This document shows, piece after piece, positions 1-62,269 of a DNA stretch of 64,000 nt (position 1 is the first letter of the stretch; each line of letters opens with the position of its first letter). The notes beneath the pieces are model-generated. The model had not been told where the DNA came from and ran no database searches. It saw only the letters and a list, made by a program, of their open reading frames with translations. A program made the translations under genes and the position numbers. Source of the stretch: the human T2T-CHM13v2.0 reference genome, Homo sapiens; NCBI RefSeq assembly GCF_009914755.1, contig NC_060933.1. One strand, 5' to 3'.

Positions 1-202
1 CAAAGCAGATGGTATTTGAAAACACAATTCAATCCCTTCAGGGCCCAAGATTCCGTCCCTGTTCCCACCCTCTCTCCACCCCATGGCCTCTGCCTCCACC
101 TGCTTCAAGCACACCCCTCAGGCCTCAGTTTACCACCACCTAGAAAGGCCCTTCCTCAAATGTAGACTGAAGAAAAAGGGACTTTTTAAAAACTCATTAA
201 GG

Positions 203-4072
<3,870 letters not shown>

Positions 4073-4142
4073 CCCAATTCATTCTTAATGATCCAGATTG
4101 AACCTCTCTGATCTCTGCCAGTGGATTATTTATTTATCTATC

Positions 4143-4550
4143 ATGTTTTTTTTTCATTCTAGTAACTACAAATAGGAAACCAGAGGGGGAGCCCCAGGCT
4201 GGGACAAACAATGGCCACCCCCTCCTTGACATTACAGTGGAACAACGTGGCCCCTACATCCTTTATGGTCAATTCAGGCCCCACTCCTTCCTCTTCTTCT
4301 GCTGCAGTGTAGGGACCTCAAACTCCTCCTGCTTTGTTTCCTGTACCCCAAAGGGGATTGTCTGACCTAGTGCAGGGACTAGGGAAGGAGAGGAAGGAAG
4401 AAAAGTGAGTGTGAGCTCCATGGAGTGACAAAGACACAGGCTGGCTGGGGACATTTTTGAGGATAAGCACCCCCGCAGATGGCCATACCTGCTACTGCCA
4501 GGACAGTGGAGGAGGGTGTGCTAGGATGAGATGGGGCTTGGGCTCCTTTT
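4143..4550 (-). pseudogene. HMGA1P4: HMGA1 3'UTR-derived processed pseudogene fragment (probably HMGA1P4)
   Basis: Reverse complement ends GTCCCAGCCTGGGGCTCCCCCTCTGGTTTCCTATTTGTAGTTACTAGAATGAAAAAAAAA and contains AAGGAGCCCAAGCCCCATCTCATCC, matching the HMGA1 mRNA 3' end as I recall it; no coding portion seen. Confidence 0.75.
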
Positions 4551-4619
4551 AATCTGCAAGTAGATGTATTTGTTCCATTTTCTGTAGCCCAATTAGGTTT
4601 TGTTCATATCTATTATAGT

Positions 4620-15620
<11,001 letters not shown>

Positions 15621-15819
15621 ACGATAACTTTTTAAGGAATACTCAGGAGCCAGAGCTCAGTGTGAGGGGCAAGGAAAGAGAAATGTCTGTGGTAGAGAAA
15701 CTCTACCGGGAGATTCCTGAGGCCCCGTCAGAGCTGATCTCCCGGGGGTCTCAGAGACCAGCCTTGCTTCACTGTCAGCCTTCCTGAGCGGTCTGTTTTC
15801 ATTACACTAAGGCTATGTT

Positions 15820-16370
<551 letters not shown>

Positions 16371-16580
16371 CTACAGCCATCCCAAGCGGACAGGTGAACA
16401 GATAAAGAAACAATACAATGTTTTGGAAACTTCTGGTTCCCAGAGGGAGCCTGGCCTTGGGGTTATGGAACATCTGGTACTCCCTGAGCCTGTCAACTTT
16501 TGGGTGGAGTGGAGGGACACCTTTTGCTTTGCCCCCAGCTGCCCTGTAGCTCCATTCTAGAACTGGGAAGAGTTGCCACA

Positions 16581-16593
16581 GTTGCCTAGTAAC
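16581..16593. promoter_or_regulatory. RFX X-box motif GTTGCCTAGTAAC
   Basis: Near-palindromic match to the RFX consensus GTTRCCNNGYAAC, with an extra GTTGCC half-site at 16572-16577; function not shown. Confidence 0.45.
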
Positions 16594-17121
16594 GCCCCTG
16601 GGAGTCCAGGAAGCTCAAATTTTAGAAGCTGGAGAGGAAAGGAAAGGTGGGCCAGGTCCAGCTACCCTGGAGGCTGAAGCAGGAGGATCACTTGAGTCTA
16701 GGAGTTCAAGACCAGCATGGGTAATATAGCAAGACCCTGTCTCTACAAAAAATACAAAAATTAGCTGATTTGCTGGGGCACACCTGTCGTCCTAGCTACT
16801 CAGGAGGCTGAGGAGGGAGGATCACTTAGAGCCTGGGAGGTGGAGGCTGCAGTAAGCTATGATCACACCACTGCATTCCAGCCTGGATGATAAACCAAGA
16901 CCCTGTCTCAATTTAAAAATAAAGAAAAAATATTAAAAAACACACAAACAGGCCAGGCACAGTGGCTCACGCCTGTAATTCCAGCACTTGGGAGGCCAAG
17001 GTGGGTGGATCATCTGTGGTCAGGAGTTCAAGATCAACCTGGCCAACATGATGAAACCCCATCTCTACTAAAAATACAAAAAGTAGCCGGGCATGATAGT
17101 GGGTACCTGTAATCTCAGCTA

Positions 17122-17223
<102 letters not shown>

Positions 17224-17273
17224 TCAGTCCAAACAAACAAACAAACAGGAAAAGTGAGGTCTTATGTGTTTGA

Positions 17274-17510
<237 letters not shown>

Positions 17511-17513
17511 TGA

Positions 17514-17714
<201 letters not shown>

Positions 17715-18029
17715 TAAGTAGCTGGGACTACAGGCGCCTGCCACCACGGCCGGCTAATTTTTTGTATTTTTAGTAGAGATGGGGTTTCACCGTGTTTGCC
17801 AGGATGGTCCTGATCTCCTGACCTCGTGATCCACCTGCCTCAGCCTCCCAAAGTGCTGGGTTTACAGGCGTGAGCCACCATGCCCAGCCAGTTTTATTTT
17901 TAATGTAATATGTTCACAAAGGGCCAGGTGCCATAGCTCACTCCTATAACTCTGTCTCAAAAAAAAAAAAAAGAAAGAAAAAAGTTCACAAGCCTCCAAA
18001 CTCAAAATGCAGAGCAGAATTCGAGACTA

Positions 18030-18600
<571 letters not shown>

Positions 18601-18658
18601 CTATCCTTGTCCTCTCACCTCTGATCACCCAGTCCTTTCTCTGGGGACAGCCATGTGA

Positions 18659-19328
<670 letters not shown>

Positions 19329-19624
19329 TGAGTAGCTGGAATGACGAGTACCCACCACCACGCCCGCTTAATTTTTGTATTTTTAGTAGAGATGGGGTTT
19401 CACCATGTGGGCCAGGCTGGCCTTGAACTCCTGATCTCAAGTGATCCACCTGCCTCAGCCTCCCAGAGTGCTGGGATTACAGGTGTGAGCTACCGAGCCT
19501 GGCCAGGTAATCTTATAATAAAACAAAGAGGGCCAGGCGTGGTGGCTCACACCTGTAATCCCAGCACTTTGGGAGGTCGAGGCGGGCAGATCATGAGGTC
19601 AGGAGATGGAGAGCATCCTGGCTA

Positions 19625-19807
<183 letters not shown>

Positions 19808-20207
19808 TCACAAAATAGATAAATAAATAAATAAAACAAAGAGGCAGGTATTATCATCCATTTTACAGATATATACACTGAGACTTAGGCTTGTTAGCAA
19901 GCACATCTCTGTGATGAGGTGATCCTCAAATCCATTTCTCATTAGAACGTGGTTATTCTCTTCATGATCTTAGGCAAATCCCTTCTGTCAGGCTCGCTTG
20001 CCCTTTGTAAAATCAAGACACCTGTGACTTTCAAAATGCATTAGAAGGAGCCCAGAGTCTCAGCAGCTCAAAAAGAAGAAAGGGAATCGATGAGGGACAT
20101 GGGTGATGGTGGCACGTCCTCCACCTTTTCTTCCACCAGAGAAAGCTCAGCTTTTTATCAGTATTGAGGTCATTGACTTATGACTAAGATTTAGTTAAAG
20201 TAATTAA

Positions 20208-20330
<123 letters not shown>

Positions 20331-20639
20331 TGAGTGGCTGGGACTAAAGTCACATGCCTTTATGTTTGGCTAACTTTTGTTTTTTGTTTTTTTTTGTTTT
20401 TTTTTTTGAGATGGAGTCTTGCTCTGTCGCCCAGGCTGGAGTGCAGTGGCGCGATCTCAGCTCACTGAGGCCTCTGCCTCCTGGTTTCCAGTGATTCTCC
20501 TGTCTCAGCCTAAGTAGTATTTAAGGCTGCAGTGAGCCATGATTGCGCCACTGCATTCCAGCCTGGGCAACAGGGAGGGAGACCCTATCTCAAAAAATAG
20601 ATACACAGACACACATATATAAAATCTGGCAAACCTAAG

Positions 20640-22410
<1,771 letters not shown>

Positions 22411-23696
22411 CCTTCTATTAGCTGTTGTGCTTTTGTTTTTTGCCTTACTCATTTTTATGCCCTAACAGACCCCCAATAACAGTGGCCTTTGTGACCCCCA
22501 GACAAGCGGCTTTCTAAAAATTCTTCTAGGTTGGGTGCGGTGGCTCACACCTGTAATCCCAGCACTTTGGAGGCTGAAGCAGGAGGATCACTTAAGGTCA
22601 GGAGTTCAAGACCAGCCTGGCCAACGTGGTGAAAACCCATCTCTACTTAAAATACAAAAATTAGTCACGCCTAGTGGCGGTGCCTGTAACCCCAGCTACT
22701 CAGGAGGCTGAGACAGGAGAATTGCTTGAAACTGGGAGGTGGAGGTTGCAGTGAGCCAAAGATTATGCCACAGCACTCCAGCCTGGATGACAGAGTGAGA
22801 CTTTTTTTTTTTTTTTTGACAGTCTCGCTCTGTCGCTCAGGCTGGCGCAATCTCCACTCACTGCGATCTCCGCCTCCTGGGTTCTGGCCATTCTCCTGCC
22901 TCAGCCTCCCGAGTAGCTGGGACTACAGGTGCCTGCAACCACGCCCGGCTAATTTTTTGTATTTTTAGTAGAGGTGGGGCTTCACCGTGTTAGCCAGGAC
23001 GATCTCGATCTCCTGACCTCGTGATCCACCCGCATCAGCCTCCCAAAGTGCTGCGATTACAGGCATGAGCCACCGCACCTGGCCCAGAGTGAGACTCTTT
23101 CTATAAATAAATAAATAGTAAAAATTCTTCTGGTCTGGTGTGGTGGCTTATGCCTGTAATACTAGCACTTTGGGAGGCTGAGGTGGGCAGTTGGCTTGGG
23201 ACCAGGAGTTGGAGACCAGCGTGGGCAACATGGCCAAACCCTGTGCCTACTAAAAATACAAAAAATTAGCCAGGCATGGTGGTGACGTCTGTAGTCCCAG
23301 CTACTCAGGAGGCTGAGGTGGGAGGATCACCTGAGCCTGGGAAGTTGAGGCTGCCGTGAGCCATGATCACTAATGTACTTGAGCCTCAGAGACAGGATGG
23401 GACCTTGTCTTTTTTTTTTTTTTTTTTTTTGAGACGGAGTCTCGCTCTGTCGCCCAGGCTGGAGTGCAGTGTTGCGATCTCAGCTCACTGCAAGCTCCGC
23501 CTCCCGGGTTCACACCATTCTCCTGCCTCAGCCTCGTGAGTAGCTGGGACTACAGGTGCCCACCTCCACGCTCGGCTGATTTTTTTGTATTTTTAGTAGA
23601 GACGGGGTTTCACCATGTTAGCCAGGATGGTCTCGATTTCCTGACCTCGTGATCCGCCTGCCTCAGCCTCCCAAAGTGCTGGGATTACAGGCTTGA

Positions 23697-23932
<236 letters not shown>

Positions 23933-24059
23933 TGAAACAAGTGAAGAATGAATAAATACTCCAAGTCTCCAAAGTTTCCTGCTTTTCCCTCTTTCTCTGT
24001 AATTCTTTCTTTCTTCTTTTTTTTTTTTTTTTAAAGCAGGCATCTAATTCCTTTGTAAT

Positions 24060-24760
<701 letters not shown>

Positions 24761-25906
24761 TAAGTTTTATTGGAGATTTAAGGGATTTGCAAGGATTGAC
24801 TCTCTGATTTTTACCCCCCAATCCCTCTTGAGATGTGACCCCTAAGCACCCCCAAAGGGTTTTAAACCTGGGATGGTGGATTAAGTTTGCGTGAAGAACC
24901 AGAAGGGACTAGACTGGGAGAACGGGAGTGCACGGGAGCTCATCCCTGCCCCCAACTCAACACTGACCCCTGAGCTTGTCTCCCCAGCCCCCAAACTTCC
25001 TCCTCTGGGGCTCCCTTTCTTGGCAAGGGGCACTGCCAGCCAGCCTGAGGCCCCTCCTTCACCCCTCCACATCCAGCCAAATCCCCGATTCCTGGTGGTT
25101 CTACCTCAGTATCTCTCAGATCTGTCCACCTCTCTCTCTGTTCTTGCTGCCGACGGCGGCCCACAACTCTGGCCTGAATCTCTGCCACCTCCTCATCTTG
25201 GCTTCCAGCTTCCTCCTCCTCCCCTTCAGCCTGAGCATAGCCAATCACGTGGCCCACTCCCCGGCTTAAACCCCTCCCTTGCCTCCCCGCGTCCTCCAGG
25301 TGCTCAGAAACTTCTCTGGCCCGCCAACCCGGTCCCCGCCGACCTCTCCTGGTTCACACTTCTGAGACTCCCCACCTGGAGGCCTCCCTCAAGGTGGTAC
25401 CCTTCACCTTGACCTCTTGGGACTCTACCCTCTGATCTCGGGGCCTAGACACCCACTTGCCCTTTCCTCTCCTTACCTGTGCACCACCTCCAGCTCTCTG
25501 CTGGAAAGTCACTTCCTGTGGGCAATCTGTGAGCCCCAACACTTGGGAGTTAGGAGTCCCAGAGTCATGCTGCCTCACCCTCTTGTCATTACATTGTAAC
25601 CAGCAGTTTCATGCCTGCCCTTCCCCCCATTAAACTTAGAGGTGAGGGCTGCATTTTGGGAGACGTAGCTGGAGCTGGATAGAGAGTTGACTGTTCTGGT
25701 GACTAGGTCTGGCTCATAGGGGAGGGTTGTGGTGGAGCCTTCCTGGGCTGGGTGTGGATAGGCCCAGGGCCTGCAAGGAAACGGGAAGCTTTGATTGGCT
25801 GAGGGCAGGCAACTCTTATGGAAGAAGCACTGAGGAGGAGTCCTACCTCAGGGCTCAGTGTGGACCTGTTGGCACTTTTACTGGGTCTCAGTCCCTTTTC
25901 CTCCAC

Positions 25907-25952
25907 ATGGGATGCAGAGACCTCCTGCCCAGCTTGAAACCTACCTTGCTGG
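25907..25952 (+). CDS. SET: SET alternative first coding exon, MGCRDLLPSLKPTLL (268-aa form)
   Basis: ATG, 15 codons plus 1 nt, donor TGG|GTGAGC in phase 1 like the other first exons; ATTGG at 25794 upstream. Confidence 0.6.
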
Positions 25953-25974
25953 GTGAGCCACATAAAACAACTTG

Positions 25975-26090
25975 TGCTTGTTTTCTCTTCTATAAAATGG
26001 GATCCACAGTACTGATCTCCAGGCTTGCTGTGAGTCTGAAATCTAAGGGGAGCACTAGACAGCGCCTAGCACATCATCAGTGCTCTAGAG
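25975..26090 (+). mobile_element. MIR fragment
   Basis: TTTTCTCTTCTATAAAATGGGAT...GCTGTGAG...AGCACTAGACAGCGCCTAGCACAT, MIR core-like. Confidence 0.55.
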
Positions 26091-26487
26091 TGCATTTGTG
26101 CGCAGCAAAATGTGGGTGAGTCTTCCTAGTTTCCTTCCAGTGAGCTTCCTGGGAGCATTAACAGGACTGGAAGGGATGGAAAGGTGTGAGGGGGTTCATC
26201 TAAACCCAAAGAACAGCTCCTGCTGCTTAGTAGGCACTGATGGCATGCCAGAAGCTGTGCCAAGCACTTCTCTATCCTCACAGCCGTATGCTGTGGACAT
26301 CCCAATTTTACAGATCAGAACAGGAGGCTCAAAGAGATGTGTATGTGTCTGTGGCGGGGGAGATGTTCCAGGCTCTGGAGATTTTTTGGTCTGTGCTTGG
26401 GACACTGCAGCACTGTGGGGGAATGCCAGCCTCTCTCTGTTCCAGTCTTTCTGGCGGTGGGGTTCTGTCCTCTTCAAAGGGAGCCGG

Positions 26488-28992
<2,505 letters not shown>

Positions 28993-30319
28993 TTATGGTT
29001 CATGTCTTGGGGTGCTGGAGGGACAGAATGTGGGGCATCCGCATTACTTGAAAAGTATTATTTAAACAAAATGCTTTGGCCCTCCTTAGTGGTTCAGAAC
29101 TTTGCCTCTCAAGTAGAACTTGTTGGCCCCTTTCATCTCTATGAACAGAACACCGCCTATCGCTTGGGGCTGTTGTGAGGCCTCGGTGAGATAACCGTGC
29201 CATGCGCTGCTGAAACTGGCACTTAACGCTCAGTATGATTCTTGCGGGCGCTGGGCACCGCGGACTAATGTGGTACCTCCCTGCCTTCACAGGACTTCGA
29301 GTTTAATGTGGCTTCAGTGTCGTAACCTTTATCATTTCATAACAGAAACGGGTTCAGAGAGGAAGGGTGACTTGCTCAAGGGTACAAGCTTGCTGGGCAG
29401 GGCTTGGACTAAAACCCAGGAATGGCCCTGCGCGCGGATTACACAGCCTGGGGCTTCGCACACGAGCCCGAGTTTGAGTCCGATCGGCAGTTCCCCATCT
29501 GGCATCCAGAATGGGGTGCCCCCTGCTTTCTCCACGAAGTGGAAGGCGCCGAGAGGCCGGGCGGAATTCGGGGCCCCCATACGAGGCCGGGCCTGCACTT
29601 TCGGGGTGGTGGGCGCCCCGCTCCCGGTGCCCCGCGGAGCAGGGAAGCCGCTCGCTCACCACGTGACGCGCCGGCCGGGGGCACCCGCGCCTCCGTGCGA
29701 CGCCCCGCCCACCGGCCTGCCGCGCGCCAGTGTCCTGGGTCGGGCCGGAGAGGGGAGAGCGGGGGAGGGGACGCGGCGCGGGGGGCGGCCGTGCGTCGCC
29801 GCGCGCCTTCCTCCCACCTCTCGCCGGGCCCTGTGTCTCCGCGCCGCGACTCCGCCCCCTCATCCCGCCGCCCAGGCCAATGGCGCCGCGGCGCGAGCCT
29901 CCCCGGCCGGAGGCGGAGCATCCGCGCGGGGCCTGGCGCGCCTGCGCCCTGCGCCCGCCCCTCGCCGTAGGAGGAGGTGGAGGAGGAGGCGGCTCGGGAG
30001 AGCGAGCAGCGAGCTGGCTGGATCGCCGAGCGCGAGTGAGGGAGCCGAGCCGCCCGCCGCCGCCGCCTCCGCCTCCCCTCCGCGAACAGGAGCCCGGGCC
30101 GGGGCCCGGCACGCCGCCCCAGCCCGTCCCTCGGCGTCAGGCCGCGAGGGTAGCGCGCGCGAGCGAGCGAGGGGGAGGGAGAGCGAGCGAGCGCCGGGAG
30201 GAGGCGGCCGGACCGAGCGGGCGCCCGCGCGTGTGGCGTGAGGGGAAGCCGCTTGCCCGCCCCCTTCGCCTTCCCTTCTCTCCCCCTCCCCGCTCCCCCC
30301 CCGACCGCGGAGCAGCACC

Positions 30320-35404
<5,085 letters not shown>

Positions 35405-36248
35405 ATAGAACACTGATGGATTCCAACCTTCCTTTTTTTAAATTTTCTCCAGTCCCTGGGAGCAAGTTGCAGTCTTTTTTTTTTTTTTTTTTTTTTTCCC
35501 TCTTGTGCTCAGTCGCCCTGTTCTTGAGGTCTCTTTTCTCTACTCCATGGTTCTCAATTTATTTGGGGGGAAATACCTTGAGCAGAATACAATGGGAAAA
35601 GAGTCTCTACCCCTTTCTGTTCGAAGTTCATTTTTATCCCTTCCTGTCTGAACAAAAACTGTATGGAATCAACACCACCGAGCTCTGTGGGAAAAAAGAA
35701 AAACCTGCTCCCTTCGCTCTGCTGGAAGCTGGAGGGTGCTAGGCCCCTGTGTAGTAGTGCATAGAATTCTAGCTTTTTTCCTCCTTTCTCTGTATATTGG
35801 GCTCAGAGAGTACACTGTGTCTCTATGTGAATATGGACAGTTAGCATTTACCAACATGTATCTGTCTACTTTCTCTTGTTTAAAAAAAGAAAAAAAAACT
35901 TAAAAAAATGGGGTTATAGAAGGTCAGCAAAGGGTGGGTTTGAGATGTTTGGGTGGGTTAAGTGGGCATTTTGACAACATGGCTTCTCCTTTGGCATGTT
36001 TAATTGTGATATTTGACAGACATCCTTGCAGTTTAAGATGACACTTTTAAAATAAATTCTCTCCTAATGATGACTTGAGCCCTGCCACTCAATGGGAGAA
36101 TCAGCAGAACCTGTAGGATCTTATTTGGAATTGACATTCTCTATTGTAATTTTGTTCCTGTTTATTTTTAAATTTTCTTTTTGTTTCACTGGAAAGGAAA
36201 GATGATGCTCAGTTTTAAACGTTAAAAGTGTACAAGTTGCTTTGTTAC

Positions 36249-36254
36249 AATAAA
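36249..36254 (+). terminator. SET: SET proximal poly(A) signal AATAAA
   Basis: AATAAA with upstream TGTA and downstream T-rich sequence; a further AATAAA at 36051. Confidence 0.6.
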
Positions 36255-37106
36255 ACTAAATGTGTACACAAAGGATTTGATGCTTTTCTCTCAGCATAGG
36301 TATGCTTACTATGACCTTCCAAGTTTGACTTGTATAACATCACTGTCAAACTTTGTCACCCTAACTTCGTATTTTTTGATACGCACTTTGCAGGATGACC
36401 TCAGGGCTATGTGGATTGAGTAATGGGATTTGAATCAATGTATTAATATCTCCATAGCTGGGAAACGTGGGTTCAATTTGCCATTGGTTTCTGAAAGTAT
36501 TCACATCATTTGGGATACCAGATAGCTCAATACTCTCTGAGTACATTGTGCCCTTGATTTTTATCTCCAAGTGGCAGTTTTTAAAATTGGCCTTTTACCT
36601 GGATATAAATTAATTGTGCCTGCCACCACCATCCAACAGACCTGGTGCTCTAATGCCAAGTTATACACGGGACAGTTGCTGGCATGTCTTCATTGGCTAT
36701 ATAAAATGTGGCCAAGAAGATAGGCTCTCAGTAAGAAGTCTGATGGTGAGCAGTAACTGTCCCTGCTTTCTGGTATAAAGCTCTCAAATGTGACCATGTG
36801 AATCTGGGTGGGATAATGGACTCAGCTCTGTCTGCTCAATGCCATTGTGCAGAGAAGCACCCTAATGCATAAGCTTTTTAATGCTGTAAAATATAGTCGC
36901 TGAAATTAAATGCCACTTTTTCAGAGGTGAATTAATGGACAGTCTGGTGAACTTCAAAAGCTTTTTGATGTATAAAACTTGATAAATGGAACTATTCCAT
37001 CAATAGGCAAAAGTGTAACAACCTATCTAGATGGATAGTATGTAATTTCTGCACAGGTCTCTGTTTAGTAAATACATCACTGTATACCGATCAGGAATCT
37101 TGCTCC

Positions 37107-37112
37107 AATAAA
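37107..37112 (+). terminator. SET: SET distal poly(A) signal AATAAA
   Basis: AATAAA preceded by TGTA motifs and followed by T/GT-rich sequence. Confidence 0.8.
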
Positions 37113-37420
37113 GGAACATAAAGATTTTTTTTGGACTGGGGTCATTCTCCTTGTTTTATAGAGAAATGTTACTTGCTATTGGATTCAGAAATTGTTCTAG
37201 TTTTTTGTCTTCACATCGTTAGTGACTGGGGAAGCGTGGGTTAGCGCTAATGGTATGACATTGGTTTAGAAAGCTTTGAGCTGGTCGGTGTCCGAGTAAA
37301 GGACAAATTCAAATATCTTACTTGGATACAGTTTCTGAGTAAACAGTTTCTGAGAGGGTGAGTATAGCATTTTCATTCTGAAGTCTCAAAAGGACTTTTC
37401 ACTAGGAAGAAAATTGAGTA

Positions 37421-37706
37421 CAGTGGGTCCTGTTATCTGCAGCTTCAGCTACATGTGGTCAACTACAATTCAGATACTTTGAGACTACATTCACACCTAT
37501 ACTGTATGTTAAATGTGTGAATGTATAGTTATAGTATACAATAGTCAAAATTATCCTATACCGTTAATCTCTTACTGTGCTTAATTTGGAAATTAAGTTT
37601 TATAGGCAGGTACAGGAAAAATTGTATGGGGCTTGATACTCCTGTGGTTTCAGGCAGCCACTGGGGCATCTTAGAATGTATCTCCTTTGGATAAGTGGGG
37701 CTACTG
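37421..37706 (+). mobile_element. MER44A-like Tigger (TcMar) DNA transposon
   Basis: TA|CAGT...TTATC start and GATAAG...CTACTG|TA end (terminal inverted repeats, TA duplication); internal GTTAATCTCTTACTGTGC and GTTTCAGGCAGCCACTGGGG. Confidence 0.75.
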
Positions 37707-38114
37707 TAGTCATTTGAATCAATATCCACAAGCCTGTGATAACTTTCTCACAAACTTAACAGTGAAACTTAGCACAACTAGTGGTTTTACATGCTGGTGA
37801 GCGTCTAGGGCTGTCAGGTTATAGGTCACAATAACGTTTATTTTCGGGAATGTAAAAAATCGGGAGCCCTTTAAGGTAGTAGTAGTTCACTCAACTATTG
37901 TGATCTCCTGAGGTGCCACTAATATCTGCAAATCTTGTAAGAGAACTAGGCTGTGAGAAAACAAAATGGCAACCTTACTGTACCAAAAACTTCCATACAC
38001 AGTAGCCAGCATGCCTTGTGTCCAACTGCAAGACAAGTTCTTGGGCTGGTCTTTAGTGTGTATTGGAATGGGCTCAGCTCCTTTTCTCAAGGACATTTGA
38101 AAATAGACAATAGA

Positions 38115-43011
<4,897 letters not shown>

Positions 43012-43677
43012 TAGTATACATTCTTGTAGTGACTAATATCTAGTCTGGGCCAACCACTCCGAGGAGAGAGACAATTTTGGATTAGCCCACATTACACCAA
43101 CAACGTGCGAGACAGAGAGACTTGAGGGGCTTGGTCGAGGAGGCCCAGCGCGTTAGAGGCGGGAGCCAGGTTGTAGAGGGGCTCAAAGTTAGAGGAGGCG
43201 GCCAGCTCCACCGGCTGCACCCGGCTGGGCGACCCGGCAACCTTCAGGGGGCGCTGTTTCCCCCATCCCTGTCCCTAACTGGCCGGCTCCCGCGGGCGCG
43301 CGGCGGGGAAGGCCAGAGGACCTGGGCGCGGGCGATGTGCCTCCTGAGCGTCCAAACCGGGGGTGAGGCGCGGTCACGCCCAGCGGGAACCGCAGGCGCC
43401 GAAGCCCGGGTACTGGGCCCAGAATCCCGCGGAATTTTGGATCCGAGGGAGGCGCTGGGGCGCGGGACCTCGGGCGTGGGGTCCCGGGCGCTGGATCGGC
43501 GCGGACGGGAGGCGGCGCTGGTCCCGCGGGCCAGCGGGTCTCGGGAGGGGGCGCCCGATCCCGCGTCTCCGGCGCCGCTTCCCGGGAAGTTTCAAGTTTG
43601 AAAGTCCTGGCGGAGGGTCTGCGGCTTCCGGGACCGGAGTGGCTGAGAGGAGGGCCCCAAGCGGCCGGAGCGGCGCC

Positions 43678-61373
<17,696 letters not shown>

Positions 61374-61660
61374 GGGCATCTCCTGGCACCTCTGTCCCCT
61401 TCCCCCACAGACTGTTAGAGCCTCTGCTCGTTCACCCGTGCGCCCTGCCTGGAGGTCCAGGCCTTGCTGGGTACTTCTGAGCCCTTGGGATTCAAAGTGG
61501 CAGCCATGGGGCCACTGTTGTGGGCTTTGCTCAGTGTCACTGGGCAAAGTGTGTCCCTTCCCCCTCCAGCTCGCCCTCTTCTACCTCCCAGCGAGACCTG
61601 GCCCAGAAAGGGTGCCGCAGCAAGGAGTGATATGGTTTGTCTTTTTAAGACTGGACTTGC

Positions 61661-61671
61661 TTTATATTAAA
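61661..61671. terminator. Shared poly(A) signal region: ATTAAA on + (PKN3), AATATA/TATAAA on - (ZDHHC12)
   Basis: TTTATATTAAA is the only hexamer-bearing AT-rich patch between the two stop codons. Confidence 0.7.
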
Positions 61672-61947
61672 TTTGTAAAAGTGTGCACTGGCAGCAGCCT
61701 GGGCGGGGCTGGGGTGGAGCCCGGGGTCTGCTTGGGCCTGAGCCACCCACAGGTCCTTTTCTTCCCCTTCTTCCTTGGAAGGCAGAACTGCCCACCAAGG
61801 CAGGGATCTGTCTGACTTGAAGCTCCGTTCTGGGGTCTGGGAGGCGTGGGCAGGAGTGAGGGCCCCAGGCCCTCTGAGCGCTCACCCCAGCTGGGGACAG
61901 GCCCCGTGGTTTTCAGGCACAAGACGGTAGCCCGGCCTCCAGCAACC

Positions 61948-62269
61948 CTAAACAGCTGGGCTGCTGCCCTCTTCCTCCTCCTCAGCCCAGAGGGTCTCCC
62001 AGGACCCTGAGGGCCATCCACAGAAGAAGTGGGCCAGGTTGCGGGTCAGGCCTCGGTCGAAGGGGTTGCTGGGGCGCTGGCGGAGATAGGCGATGCGGTG
62101 TGAGGAGATGAATTCCCAGGTGGTGGTGTTGCTGGCCACCAGGTAGAGGTGCGAGACGAGGAGCAGGCTGGCCACCAACGAGAAGAGGGACAGCAGCAGG
62201 AAGGTGGCGAACAGGAGCCCGCTGGACCGCAACCACAGACCCCAGGGCTGGAAGAACCGGAGGCCTGAC
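61948..62269 (-). CDS. ZDHHC12: ZDHHC12 last exon coding part
   Basis: SGLRFFQPW...NTTTWEF...NPFDRGL...SSPAV-TAG. Confidence 0.95.

Noticed and set aside
29307-29357. Another possible SET first exon, MWLQCRNLYHFITET with G|GTTCAG
   Set aside because: Poor donor, poor Kozak context, and it lies in L2/MIR-like sequence
37872-37905. AAGGTAGTAGTAGTTCACTCAACTATTGT, faintly like the 5' part of Y1 RNA
   Set aside because: Too short and divergent; no GGCTGGTCCG start, 3' stem or T tail
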